DNA from: a virus
Length of the DNA: 64,000 nt
IMG/VR virus record: IMGVR_UViG_3300013947_000002
Location: 34,281 to 98,280 of that record
Reading direction: 5' to 3' (one strand)
This document shows positions 1 through 9,339 of this stretch, piece by piece (within the stretch, counting starts at the first letter, position 1; every line of letters starts with the position of its first letter). The notes under the pieces are model-generated. The model worked only from the letters and a program-made list of their open reading frames with translations, had not been told where the DNA came from and searched no databases. A program made the translations under genes and the position numbers.

Positions 1-167
1 ATATCACTCATAGGCAACCGAGCCATATGCTTCATACGTTCGTATAACACACCTGTTGCTATACGCCTATCATCAAGGATAGGATTTTCGATACTATATT
101 GACGTAGCCCGCCACAGCCAACGTCATGCTCGTATTAGGCTCCACTGAATTGTGGATTCACGGCTCG

Positions 168-196
168 ATTATATTCAACCCTACTAGATGCGTCAA
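168..196 (-). promoter_or_regulatory. sigma-A-like promoter firing leftward out of the window
   Basis: Minus strand reads TTGACG (196-191), 17 nt spacer, TATAAT (173-168). A hairpin-rich leader follows. Confidence 0.4.
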
Positions 197-249
197 TCGC
201 CCCGCAAGCATGATTGACCAGCCGTAGCTATCACCTAGTAGAGAATGAA

Positions 250-1434
250 TCAAAGATAAAATGTTTTACGCCACTCTGCACCATCTTCTGAATATGTAGT
301 AAACATACAGGACGGTCTTGACGCTTTACGAATTTTCTTGGCAAATCCATCAACGCCACATACAGAACCAACTCGCCAGCACAGCTTATCGCCTAGCTCG
401 GTAATACCAGCGTTCTTCATTTCTTGCCGATGCAGATGCCCAACATAGCACTCGTCAACGTCGATATTATATAAGTTCTCAAAATATCGCATTGTCTCGG
501 CTACGTCGCCGCCATCACCATGATGAAGCATAATTGCATTATTTTTAATATACTTAATGGCACAATCTGTATAATCATCAACCGTAATGCCGTCTATTGA
601 CTTTAGTCGCTCTTGTAGATACCATACAATGATTTTACCTAGATTTTCTTCCTCAAACTGTGGTTTAGATGTAAGAATGCGGCAGGTATCATGATTACCC
701 CCGACCATTACAACGTTGACAGGGATTTCAAGCCGGTCATGCAATTCAACAAACCAATCAGCTAGATATTCAGACAACTTGATAACTGTATCAATAACCG
801 GCTCTCTCAGCTTAGTCAGGCTGGACGTGCGTAGAATATTCTCTACACAATCACCAAGCACAGCAACCGTAATATCATCAAGCCAAATGCAGTTATCATC
901 ATTGCACATCTTGTTAAGCAACCCATCAAGCCGCGCCCTCATAATGTTGAAATCGTATTTATTCACAATTTCATTATATGCGCCCTTAATCTCGTAAGTT
1001 GAACCAGCATGAAGGTCTGAAATACAAAGAAGTCCACTCATATTTGTTTGAGGCAATTTATTAAACTCACGAATAGTAAAAGGCTCAAGACATCTAATCG
1101 ACTCTGCAATCCTCTCCTGAATCATGTCAGCTCTTGCGTCTAACCGCTGATTCTGGACATGCTGAATGTTCTCGCTCTGTAATTTCTTGCGCTCTTTCTC
1201 CAACTCAGTCTTCGCTTCTCTGAGTTGGTCTAAAATCTCCGCATCTTTCTCATCTGTCTCGACATCATCTGCACCATTCAGCATATTGCGGACAAACACG
1301 GCGCATCTTCGCAGATATTCGCTTGACCAGACATCCCTATAATCTTCACCAAGACAACGAGCCGTCCATTCTTGCAAGTCAATCAACTTGCTATCTAGTA
1401 GCTCAGTCGCTTGTCGTATCTTCGTTAGATTCAT
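250..1434 (-). CDS. calcineurin-like metallophosphoesterase (Mre11/SbcD-type fold)
   Basis: Translation carries ISDLHAG (DxH), LGDCVEN (GD), GGNHD, LHHGDG and GHLHRQ motifs in the canonical order. Confidence 0.75.
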   Translation of the reverse strand: MNLTKIRQATELLDSKLIDLQEWTARCLGEDYRDVWSSEYLRRCAVFVRNMLNGADDVETDEKDAEILDQLREAKTELEKERKKLQSENIQHVQNQRLDARADMIQERIAESIRCLEPFTIREFNKLPQTNMSGLLCISDLHAGSTYEIKGAYNEIVNKYDFNIMRARLDGLLNKMCNDDNCIWLDDITVAVLGDCVENILRTSSLTKLREPVIDTVIKLSEYLADWFVELHDRLEIPVNVVMVGGNHDTCRILTSKPQFEEENLGKIIVWYLQERLKSIDGITVDDYTDCAIKYIKNNAIMLHHGDGGDVAETMRYFENLYNIDVDECYVGHLHRQEMKNAGITELGDKLCWRVGSVCGVDGFAKKIRKASRPSCMFTTYSEDGAEWRKTFYL

Positions 1435-1966
1435 TCAATTTCCGTTCCTTTTCCTTCTGTTTCCGTTCATATTCCTCTTTTTTCTTATTGATGACATTGA
1501 TAAAATCATCATAGTTCTGTTGCTTTGCCTTTTCCATGCGCTCTTGTGCTCTTTGCTCAAGCGTTTTTCTTGCTGTTCGTTCTGCCTCGGCCTGAGTCAG
1601 CAACTTTAGGTCATTTGGAGTCAACTTGCGCTCACGGACGCGCTTACGGTATTTCTTTGTAACACCGCGCCCATTGACATTGTTAAGAAAATCTTCGTTG
1701 ACTTTGTATAATATTTTAAACCAAGCCGGATTGATTTGCTCAATAAGCTCCCCTTGTTCATTTTTAGCCATCACCCTACGTTCAGGTAATTCCTCCAATG
1801 AGAATGTTCCTACTGCTGGCATTTGACACCTGCCATCAAAATGAAGAATGTGTATAATAGTATCAACAAATCCCATCCAGTATTTCTTGGCAGTCTGGGG
1901 CGATACATTGAGCAATCCACCTGCATAAGTATAAAATTCTTGATTCAGCTTGTTATGTTCGGCCAT
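1403..1966 (-). CDS. HU/IHF-fold DNA-binding protein with basic C-terminal tail
   Basis: MAEHNK start overlaps the upstream stop. The segment GTFSLEELPERRV..NEQGELIEQINPAWFKILYKV resembles the HU beta-arm. Confidence 0.5.
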   Translation of the reverse strand: MAEHNKLNQEFYTYAGGLLNVSPQTAKKYWMGFVDTIIHILHFDGRCQMPAVGTFSLEELPERRVMAKNEQGELIEQINPAWFKILYKVNEDFLNNVNGRGVTKKYRKRVRERKLTPNDLKLLTQAEAERTARKTLEQRAQERMEKAKQQNYDDFINVINKKKEEYERKQKEKERKLNESNEDTTSD

Positions 1967-2378
1967 CTTCTTCTTCCTTAGCAAACTTAGGATTGTCAGG
2001 ATAATTCTCTAGTACCCAAGCGTCCCATTCTTCCTTGGCCGGGCCTTTACCGTACAATGTGCCAGCCTTAACATAACTTGCCATATGTTTCTCGGCCTTG
2101 AACTCTAGCCGATAGTAGCCCTTCCTATCAGGGTAATACATACGCCGCTTCTGAAAGCCGTTCCAATATTCACCCGCTGGCTTGGGCGGATGGTCGCGGA
2201 ACGTAATCACGCCAATGTCAGGCAATGAATACTCGACACCGTGCTGTAGCGTCTCGCGGATGATGTCGTGATATGCCGTTAGCACAATTTCAATAATTTT
2301 TGTGTCAACGCCTGTGCGCCGAATCAGCTCTTTTTTCATATCGGCCTTGCCAAGCCGTGGATATTTATTCTTGTGCAA
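1953..2378 (-). CDS. HU/IHF-like DNA-binding protein (YonN-like position downstream of the RNAP)
   Basis: TTG start 7 nt after GGAAGGAG. KKELIRRTG...IIEIVL...HGVEYSLPDIGVITF is HU-like. Confidence 0.5.
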   Translation of the reverse strand: MHKNKYPRLGKADMKKELIRRTGVDTKIIEIVLTAYHDIIRETLQHGVEYSLPDIGVITFRDHPPKPAGEYWNGFQKRRMYYPDRKGYYRLEFKAEKHMASYVKAGTLYGKGPAKEEWDAWVLENYPDNPKFAKEEEDGRT

Positions 2379-2454
2379 TTATATTGCTCCTTCCCTATTA
2401 CTTTACCACTATATATTGTGGCTGACTCATTTTATCCATATATTTCCTACGATT

Positions 2455-3135
2455 TTAACATATCCCCCGTTCGGACAGGCGGGCTTCACGTGATGCAATG
2501 CGGCGCTGATTATCCGCTTTTTTGCCACACTCCTCAGAGCAATAATGCTGGCATACATCACGTGGTTTGAACCGCTTGCCGCAAATTGGGCAAATTGGAT
2601 TAAGTGTGGCTGCATTGACTTTCAGATTCTCTACAATCTGCTTGCCAAAACAAGCCCACAACATTTTTTTATTGCTTGCTTTCTTAACCGTATATAGATA
2701 CGCCACCAAGCTATTAACCACAACATCCAGTGGCTCTTTGCTGTAATCCACAATATCTTGTGCTATGCACCGATACTTGTACAAATCGTCCTCATTGATA
2801 TGCGGGTCATCGCCATAATCAAATCGGCGCTGATTCTTAATCCAGTAATTATACCGCTCAATGATTGGCGATTCTTCTCGCGTCGTATAATCAACTTGTT
2901 TGTTAATCAGCATTATCCAATCAAACTTCCCAATTTTGTTATTATAGTGGATTCGGGAAGTAGGAATTTTGGCCGATATACGATTCATCGTGGAATTGTT
3001 GGGAGGCTCTACTTGGGTATCCGGGTCTTTGTCTTTGGCGTATTGGAAGAAATTTGGCAATTTGGATTTAGTATATTTTTTTATAATATCTGAAATTTCT
3101 TTTGGCGGTTCCGATTTCCACAATGTCTTTGCGAA
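2455..3135 (-). CDS. YonO-like RNA polymerase, exon 2 (C-terminal part with Zn-ribbon)
   Basis: Frame is open from 3135 with no convincing RBS. Ends with CPICGK..CQHYCSEEC. It lies directly 3' of a group I intron end GGTATTAAAGG. Confidence 0.55.
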   Translation of the reverse strand, partial: FAKTLWKSEPPKEISDIIKKYTKSKLPNFFQYAKDKDPDTQVEPPNNSTMNRISAKIPTSRIHYNNKIGKFDWIMLINKQVDYTTREESPIIERYNYWIKNQRRFDYGDDPHINEDDLYKYRCIAQDIVDYSKEPLDVVVNSLVAYLYTVKKASNKKMLWACFGKQIVENLKVNAATLNPICPICGKRFKPRDVCQHYCSEECGKKADNQRRIASREARLSERGIC

Positions 3136-4146
3136 CCTTTAATACCGTCTCTTTCGAGATACTTTAACACCACTCTAAGCGGTCGGAGTAGACTATCTCT
3201 TCATCTCAATGAGATGGATGGCACTTCGCAAGTAGGAATTTCACCTACAAGCTACACTGAAAACAGTTAGTCGTTACAGCTTCAAATGTTTGATATTTTA
3301 ATTTTCTTGATAACCAAATATCCAATCCTTATGGGTTTTATTTCGTCCGTGTAACACTCTGTCAATACAGGAATAACTTAAATTGCGGTCTTTTGCAAAA
3401 TTTCTAATATTCACAAATTCTACATATTCGCCAGTTTTTAAGTTTCTTCCCCAACACGCCTTTTCGTGCGCCCTAGATGAATTGTCATGCAGGGTGAGCC
3501 ATCTACAATTTTCTGGACAATAATCACCATGTGGATTTATTCTGTCGATAGTCAAATCTTCTTGATAACCATTGGATAACGCCCAATCTCTGAATGTTTC
3601 ATAAGAATTTAACCACTCGTCACAAACCGTAATACCCTTTGCTCCATAATCCGCATAGCTACGAACGTTAGGATTATAGCAACGCGACTTCATATTTGAC
3701 CACGTCCTATAAAGTTTGCTTCGATTGCCAACTATCGCACCACCAGACTCTCCATGACGAGTTTTGTTCTGATGAACTCTCTCAAGTCTTAAACATCCAC
3801 AAGAACGAATTGGTTTATACTGCTGGACTAATTTGTATTTAACAACCTCGACAATGTTGCCGCAATCACACTTGCATACTACAAGTAATTTACCTTCTTT
3901 ATTTCTTTTGTCTGGTAATTCAACAACCGTCAATTTTTCAAATTTATCGCCTATCTTAATTTCATTTGATCTCACACCTAAACCTCCTTTCTTTTATGAT
4001 AACATCAAACATTCGCTTGCCACGGTATTGCCATGCGCTCATGCGTTTAGGGTTTTACCGTTAGCACGGCATATGCCGCACACCCTACATTTGTAGGTTC
4101 ACCATCATTCACATCATATGTCACCATATGAGTGGACTATCGTTTA
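3136..4146 (-). mobile_element. group I intron (about 1.0 kb) carrying a homing-endonuclease ORF
   Basis: Minus strand has P7-like TAACGACTA and GAGATAGTCTACTCC, GCTAACGG..AAACCCTAA (P4-P6-like) and GAACCTACAAATGTAGGGTGTG. All are homologous to the nrdJ and thyX-like introns. Boundaries are accurate to a few nt. Confidence 0.7.
3298..3975 (-). CDS. intron-encoded homing-endonuclease-like protein
   Basis: GTG start after AAGGAGG. Has a CKCDCG..CGC Zn-ribbon and YRTWSNMKSRCYNPN..YGAKGITVCDEW..DRINPHGDYCPENCRW. Paralogs lie at 35030 and 56359. Confidence 0.7.
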   Translation of the reverse strand: MRSNEIKIGDKFEKLTVVELPDKRNKEGKLLVVCKCDCGNIVEVVKYKLVQQYKPIRSCGCLRLERVHQNKTRHGESGGAIVGNRSKLYRTWSNMKSRCYNPNVRSYADYGAKGITVCDEWLNSYETFRDWALSNGYQEDLTIDRINPHGDYCPENCRWLTLHDNSSRAHEKACWGRNLKTGEYVEFVNIRNFAKDRNLSYSCIDRVLHGRNKTHKDWIFGYQEN

Positions 4147-6045
4147 ATCTATAACTTGATTATTCTTCATTGTCAACCAAGCGATAACCTTGATTTGTTC
4201 CTCCGTCATCTTACCGCCATTAGCGTTTTTTACCTTCGAAATTGCATTACTGATAGGGCCGATTGAGCCGCCTGTATATGCTGTACTTACACCTTCATAT
4301 AGCCTGTCTGCGTCGATAATACCACCACGAGCTTTTTTAAGGTCATATGACAGCGGAACAATCCCTTGCATATTGCGCTTTGCTACAGTTGTTAGCGTCT
4401 TATCCTTGACAACTAAAGAAATATCTCCGTCAAAATCTTGCTGCAAGATACGGCTAATCATGTCATGACAACTAAAATAAACACACTTTGTCCCACCCAA
4501 CCATTTATCAGTCAATTCATTTCGCTTGTTGACACGAACGGCGTGTTCTTGGTATAGGTGCGGACTTCTCAGACAATCAAGCTCGTCGCCATCCTTGAAT
4601 TGATTAGTATATACTTCACCATTCTCAAGTAATCCAGTTGGGAATTGTTCACCCTTGAATAACCACTCACAGAACGCCACAGGGTCAGGTGAGATGAACA
4701 AGTATTTGCCATTGATTCTCAATCTACCGCCTTTTGCTTGTTTGACAAGACTTTTTTTAGTTTGCTTTAATATTTCCCGATTGTAAACATCCTTGAATAA
4801 TTCTGGATAAATCGTCAACGCCTCTTGCATGGCTGTTTTTGTCTGATTATACTCAGTTGCCCCAAGCAATCTCATCGTTGTTTGATAGTCACGCCCAACA
4901 CTGTCAATTTCATCTACTGTCTTCGCGATAAGCCGCTCAATTTCATTGTCGGTCATATCGCTCAATGATTGTAGCATCTGATAATTGATTCGAGCCTTTG
5001 GGATATAATCCTCCTCGACTTTGCAGCAACCGAAGTGACAACCATAACTCTTAAAGTTCGACTTGTAGCAGAACCAGCTAGGGTAGAATTTGTACAGCTT
5101 AAACATTGATTTCGTTAGGATATACTGAATATCATCTTCAATGATTTTCCATTCCTTTCCATATATATCCGTAACAGACCAATCATCAGCGGAACAATAT
5201 TCTTTGAGCCATCCTCTAAAATCAAAGTAGGACACCAACCCCTTTATCCACGGGCCGCGCACGATTTGCGTCTTGAATCCGGGCTTACAACACATGCCCC
5301 ACCCGTCAGTTTCAGCTATAACCGTCTCTGATACTTTGCGCGTAATGCTATAATCTGTATAATCAATAAAGTCCGACTCGGCAGTTACCGGCATCTCAAA
5401 ATCATCCACCACTATACACCGGTCTATATCAAAATCGTCCATTCTGTCTGTTGCAGATGCCATAAGGCTCTTATAGCTCAACAGCTTGTTTTCATTCATA
5501 CCGCCCTGAGCGTTAATTGAATCGATGGTTAATCCGCACATGAGCGTCTGCTCAACTTCATTATAGTCTTTTTCCCTAACGGCCATAAACCGCTTTGTGC
5601 GTATCATGCCAGCGCCGCATGAGTAGAAAATGTAATGCTCGCCTTTGTAATTGAAACCATTGTGAATGATGCTATTAAGAATCTCAAAAAAGAACACGTT
5701 GACAATGATTATTTTGTCGCTACGCTCGAACGTCTTGATTCCTAGACTTCGAGTCAACTCAGAACAGAATAGATTGATGATTGTCTTGTCTTTTACTGCG
5801 TCTGGATTGAGTTCTCTAGTAATATTATCTTCGAGAGATTTTTTAAGCAATTTGACAAGTTCGTCTTTATGCTTTTTAATAACACGATTGATAGATGAGA
5901 CACGCCATTTGCGATTTTGCCCATCTTTTTCTCGCATACGCAATGTATATAATTTAACAAGACGATTATGAATGGCTTGTTCATCCGATGTATAGAAAGC
6001 ATCTGTATTGATGGAGGGGATGAAGCAAAACTCTGTTAATGGCAC
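4147..6045 (-). CDS. YonO-like single-subunit RNA polymerase (beta-prime-type DPBB), exon 1
   Basis: LRSPHLYQEH...ILQQDFDGDISLVV matches the RAPTLH...NADFDGD catalytic loop of multisubunit RNAPs. GTG start abuts the upstream stop. Confidence 0.65.
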
Positions 6046-6177
6046 TTAGTAAATCACCTCTAATTCATTTTCTGAACTTCCATATATCCAAAGCGCCCAA
6101 TCGCACTCAGTTGGCTCATATTCATCATCCCATACCTCTGGTTCAGTATCGTCGCGCCGATACCAGTTATAGCTCAT
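6046..6177 (-). CDS. small acidic hypothetical protein (43 aa)
   Basis: ATGA overlap with the Bro gene stop, and its own stop abuts the RNAP start. Confidence 0.35.
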   Translation of the reverse strand: MSYNWYRRDDTEPEVWDDEYEPTECDWALWIYGSSENELEVIY

Positions 6178-6833
6178 TTCGCTCCACAATTCTCCTTATC
6201 ACCTCTTTCCTGCGACTGAATAAACTTGCAAAATTCCTCCATTAGTCCATTGTCTGCAATCCACTCAATCTTTGTCTTATGTTCAGCAACCGCCTTAGTG
6301 TTGATATTATAACCAAGTTGCTTACTGAACCCAATATACATATCGCGCCAAGCATTGTCGGCGTTGTGCTTGTTCATATTATTAGCTCGGATGATATCTC
6401 GCATCAGCCTATAGCAATAAGCGCGGTCGAATTTGACTGGACACGTCTCTTTGAACACACCACTACTGTCAATGTATCGACCATACTTACGAATTGACGG
6501 TAAGACCTCATGTGTGACCCAGCGTCTGAATTTGCGCAACTCGGCTTCGCGCCTTGCAATGTCTTCTTTAGCTGCTCCACGAACCATCTTTGGCTTCATT
6601 ATGAACAACGCCTGATAAAGACCCGGTTCATTGACAGTCAACACCTTCTGCTTTCCGCCAAGGGTGTTCACAATGCGAATACCCTTTTCATCGTCATCGA
6701 GCCGATTTGCGATGTGGCTGACGTTCTTAACATACAAAATATCGCAAATATCCTTTAGTACAAACCAGACCTCACCATCAACTTCTGCGACTCTCACGCC
6801 TTGTGTAGTATATTCAAATTCCTTAAATTCCAT
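6174..6833 (-). CDS. Bro-N domain antirepressor-like protein
   Basis: N-terminus reads VRVAEVDGEVWFVLKDICDILYVKNVSHIANRLDDDEKG..GGKQKVLTVNEPGLYQALF, typical of Bro-N/Ant. Confidence 0.8.
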   Translation of the reverse strand: MEFKEFEYTTQGVRVAEVDGEVWFVLKDICDILYVKNVSHIANRLDDDEKGIRIVNTLGGKQKVLTVNEPGLYQALFIMKPKMVRGAAKEDIARREAELRKFRRWVTHEVLPSIRKYGRYIDSSGVFKETCPVKFDRAYCYRLMRDIIRANNMNKHNADNAWRDMYIGFSKQLGYNINTKAVAEHKTKIEWIADNGLMEEFCKFIQSQERGDKENCGAK

Positions 6834-7030
6834 ATTTTTATTAGCCTCCTTGAGCTTAATGCCATTATATCATAATATAACTTGATATTTGTCAAGTAAT
6901 AATTTCGGTCTAAAATTTATCCCCCTATAACCCCCTATAAGGTATAATTAAATACTAACGTATTTAATTATTTACTATATTATATCACAAATTTTTCTAT
7001 TTGTCAATAGCAAAAATAAAAAATTTTCTC

Positions 7031-7059
7031 TTGACATTGTATTGCTTCTATGATATATT
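7031..7059 (+). promoter_or_regulatory. sigma-A-like promoter overlapped by an inverted repeat
   Basis: TTGACA 7031-7036, 17 nt spacer, TATATT 7054-7059. The inverted repeat ATATTAC-N7-GTAATAT (7055-7075) overlaps the -10. Confidence 0.45.
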
Positions 7060-7179
7060 ACTAGTATAGTAATATATAAGTATTAACAGTATATACTGTA
7101 ATAATAATTATTTTTTATAGAAAAGGGGTTGTAGGGGGAAAACCGTCAAATTGTAAACGAATTGTAAATGAAATTGTTC

Positions 7180-7208
7180 TTGACAAGTTGCGCGACATAT
7201 GCTATAAT
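7180..7208 (+). promoter_or_regulatory. sigma-A-like promoter of the rightward early operon
   Basis: TTGACA 7180-7185, 17 nt spacer, TATAAT 7203-7208. Confidence 0.65.
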
Positions 7209-7229
7209 CTTGCCATGAGGTGAAAAACA

Positions 7230-7442
7230 ATGCCACGAACAAAGAAAATTAACCCGCGCGTCCAATATGGCGACACTAGCTGGATTGTCAATGATTGCGG
7301 CAATGGGCAATTCGAGCTGTATAATACCAGCACCAAACAAATTCCAGCAAAGAGTAATAATCCACTGGATTTTGATAAATATATTGACAAAATTTTTGGT
7401 AAGGAGGCGGCTAAGAATGTTCGAGATTTTCAAGCTGAATAA
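7230..7442 (+). CDS. hypothetical protein (70 aa)
   Basis: First ORF after the promoter, preceded by GAGGTG. Confidence 0.45.
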   Translation: MPRTKKINPRVQYGDTSWIVNDCGNGQFELYNTSTKQIPAKSNNPLDFDKYIDKIFGKEAAKNVRDFQAE

Positions 7443-8577
7443 GAAGAAGAAAGAGCTTGAAGGGCAGATTTCCAAATTAGAATCAACTATTGCAGAGCAA
7501 CAAGAGAATATTTCTTACACACAGCTCAACATCGATATGTTGCACAAAGAAGAAAAGAAAGCACAATCTGCCGCGCTTCAAGAACAGAACAACTTAGATA
7601 TTCTTGAAAACAAAATCCACGCTATCGAAGAAATGCAGGATTATAACATCCCATATTATCAGGATTCGCTTGATGAACTTGAACATCGCCGCTATGAACT
7701 ACAGAGCAAGATTGAATTGGCTGTGAATACTGGTCTGTATCGCATCGAACAAGGATATACGCTCAATGGCTCTGACAGGCGCGGCAAGGAAATGCAGGAC
7801 GTATATGGGCGAGGACTGGTTTGCAGTTGCAACGCTTATATTGACAGCAAAGAAAAATCGCTGACAACAGGCAATATTGCTAAAAGCAAAGAATTGATTA
7901 AGAATAAATTTAATTCTTATCAGTCCAAAGCCGGTAAGGTCGGCTTGGCGCTTAATGCTGAATATGTCAAGGCGCGACTTGATATGTTTGATGTCAATTT
8001 GGCCATCAAGGTTAAAAAGAAGGAAGAAGCAGCTAAGATTAGAGAAGAAAAGCGGCGGCTTAGAGAGCAAGAGCAATTGTTGGCTGATATTGCTAGAGAA
8101 CGCGCCAAGCTGATTGAAGAAAAGAAAGCAATGAATATTGCATTTAGCAAGGCATTGACAGATGATGAGCGCAATGAGATTAAGGCTCAGCTTGCTAGTA
8201 TTGATAAGCGACTTGATTCTATTGCATATCGTGAAGCACATAGTAAAGCTGGTTGGCTATATGTTATTAGCTCGCCCAGCTTGCCCGGATTGACCAAAAT
8301 CGGTTGCACGCGGAGATTGGTACCAATGGTGCGCGTGAAAGAATTATCAAGTTCCTCGCTCCCGTCACCATTTGTAGCTCATTGCTTTGTATTTAGTGAT
8401 GATTGCTTTGAGCTTGAATCGCAGATGCACAAATATTTTGACAAAGAGCGAGTCAATCCTGATAGAGAATTTTTCCGCATTGAGCCGAAAGAGGCCATTG
8501 AGGTGCTAAGAGAAATTTTTGACGTTGATGTCCATTTTGTAGATGAAGATTGTGAAGATAATGAGGAGGATAAATAA
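7417..8577 (+). CDS. coiled-coil (DUF4041-like) protein with C-terminal T5orf172/GIY-YIG-superfamily domain
   Basis: ATG follows AAGGAGG. Long K/E-rich coiled coil, then GWLYVISSPSLPGLTKIGCTRR...RVKELS...FELESQMHKYF...REFF. Confidence 0.65.
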   Translation: MFEIFKLNKKKKELEGQISKLESTIAEQQENISYTQLNIDMLHKEEKKAQSAALQEQNNLDILENKIHAIEEMQDYNIPYYQDSLDELEHRRYELQSKIELAVNTGLYRIEQGYTLNGSDRRGKEMQDVYGRGLVCSCNAYIDSKEKSLTTGNIAKSKELIKNKFNSYQSKAGKVGLALNAEYVKARLDMFDVNLAIKVKKKEEAAKIREEKRRLREQEQLLADIARERAKLIEEKKAMNIAFSKALTDDERNEIKAQLASIDKRLDSIAYREAHSKAGWLYVISSPSLPGLTKIGCTRRLVPMVRVKELSSSSLPSPFVAHCFVFSDDCFELESQMHKYFDKERVNPDREFFRIEPKEAIEVLREIFDVDVHFVDEDCEDNEEDK

Positions 8578-8578
8578 T

Positions 8579-9091
8579 ATGACAAGAAAAGAAAAGATTG
8601 ATATTCTTGAATGGTATTGTGACCATTGCGGCGATACTTGTGATGGATGCCCGTTTAATACTGTCGAGAACTATGGATGTGACTTTTCAGAAATGAATGA
8701 CACAAAACTAGACAAGTTGTGTAAACACCTGAATGACGCAGACCAAGCCGCTTATGAAAACGCTGTTAATGAGTATTGTCACACAGAACCAGATGATCTT
8801 GAACTCCATATCGACCCAAAGGCGGCTCGCCACTATGCTATCTGCCAAAAACTCAATGCGGTATATAAGGCTAAGAATCATGATTATGGGGATTCATTTG
8901 GTGATACGTTCAAAAAGCTCGGCATTATCAGCGCAGTGACTCGCCTGAGCGATAAAATGAACCGACTTATGTCACTTGCTGTGGCACACGATGCCCAGGT
9001 AAAAGATGAAAAGATTGAGGATACGCTACTTGACATGGCTAATTATGCAATTATGACGCTGATTGAATTGGGATATGAGGTAGATGAATAA
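8579..9091 (+). CDS. Cys-rich N-terminus plus DUF1599-like domain protein
   Basis: ATG is 8 nt after GAGGAGGA. Contains KNHDYGDSF...RLSDKMNRL...DEKIEDTLLDMANYA. Confidence 0.5.
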   Translation: MTRKEKIDILEWYCDHCGDTCDGCPFNTVENYGCDFSEMNDTKLDKLCKHLNDADQAAYENAVNEYCHTEPDDLELHIDPKAARHYAICQKLNAVYKAKNHDYGDSFGDTFKKLGIISAVTRLSDKMNRLMSLAVAHDAQVKDEKIEDTLLDMANYAIMTLIELGYEVDE

Positions 9092-9339
9092 TGGCTGATT
9101 GTATTGATCGTGATGCACTGATTGATAATTTGCAGAAATTCGCGTCAAACAGTTATGACGCTTATGTGAACAATATCATCATGGGTATGCCTAGAGCCAA
9201 TGTTAAAAAAATTGTAACGGCACATTGGTTTTTTGGTGACGATGGTGTGTTCATTTGTAGCAAATGTGGCAATGCAGAGTCTAGCAATGGTCGTTACTGT
9301 TCGTATTGTGGTGCTGAAATGAGCGAGGTTGCAGAATGA
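9091..9339 (+). CDS. hypothetical Zn-ribbon protein
   Basis: Start is coupled to the upstream stop. Contains CSKCGN...CSYCG. Confidence 0.5.
   Translation: MADCIDRDALIDNLQKFASNSYDAYVNNIIMGMPRANVKKIVTAHWFFGDDGVFICSKCGNAESSNGRYCSYCGAEMSEVAE

Noticed and set aside
7267-7416. N-terminal extension of the T5orf172 gene given in the track (start at 7267)
   Set aside because: The extension overlaps the 7230-7442 ORF in another frame and lacks an SD. The ATG at 7417 follows AAGGAGG.
7699-8241. 180-aa and 84-aa minus-strand ORFs inside the DUF4041/T5orf172 gene
   Set aside because: They are antisense to a Lys/Glu-rich coiled-coil coding region, which automatically yields open Phe/Leu/Ser-rich frames. 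They show no translation signals.
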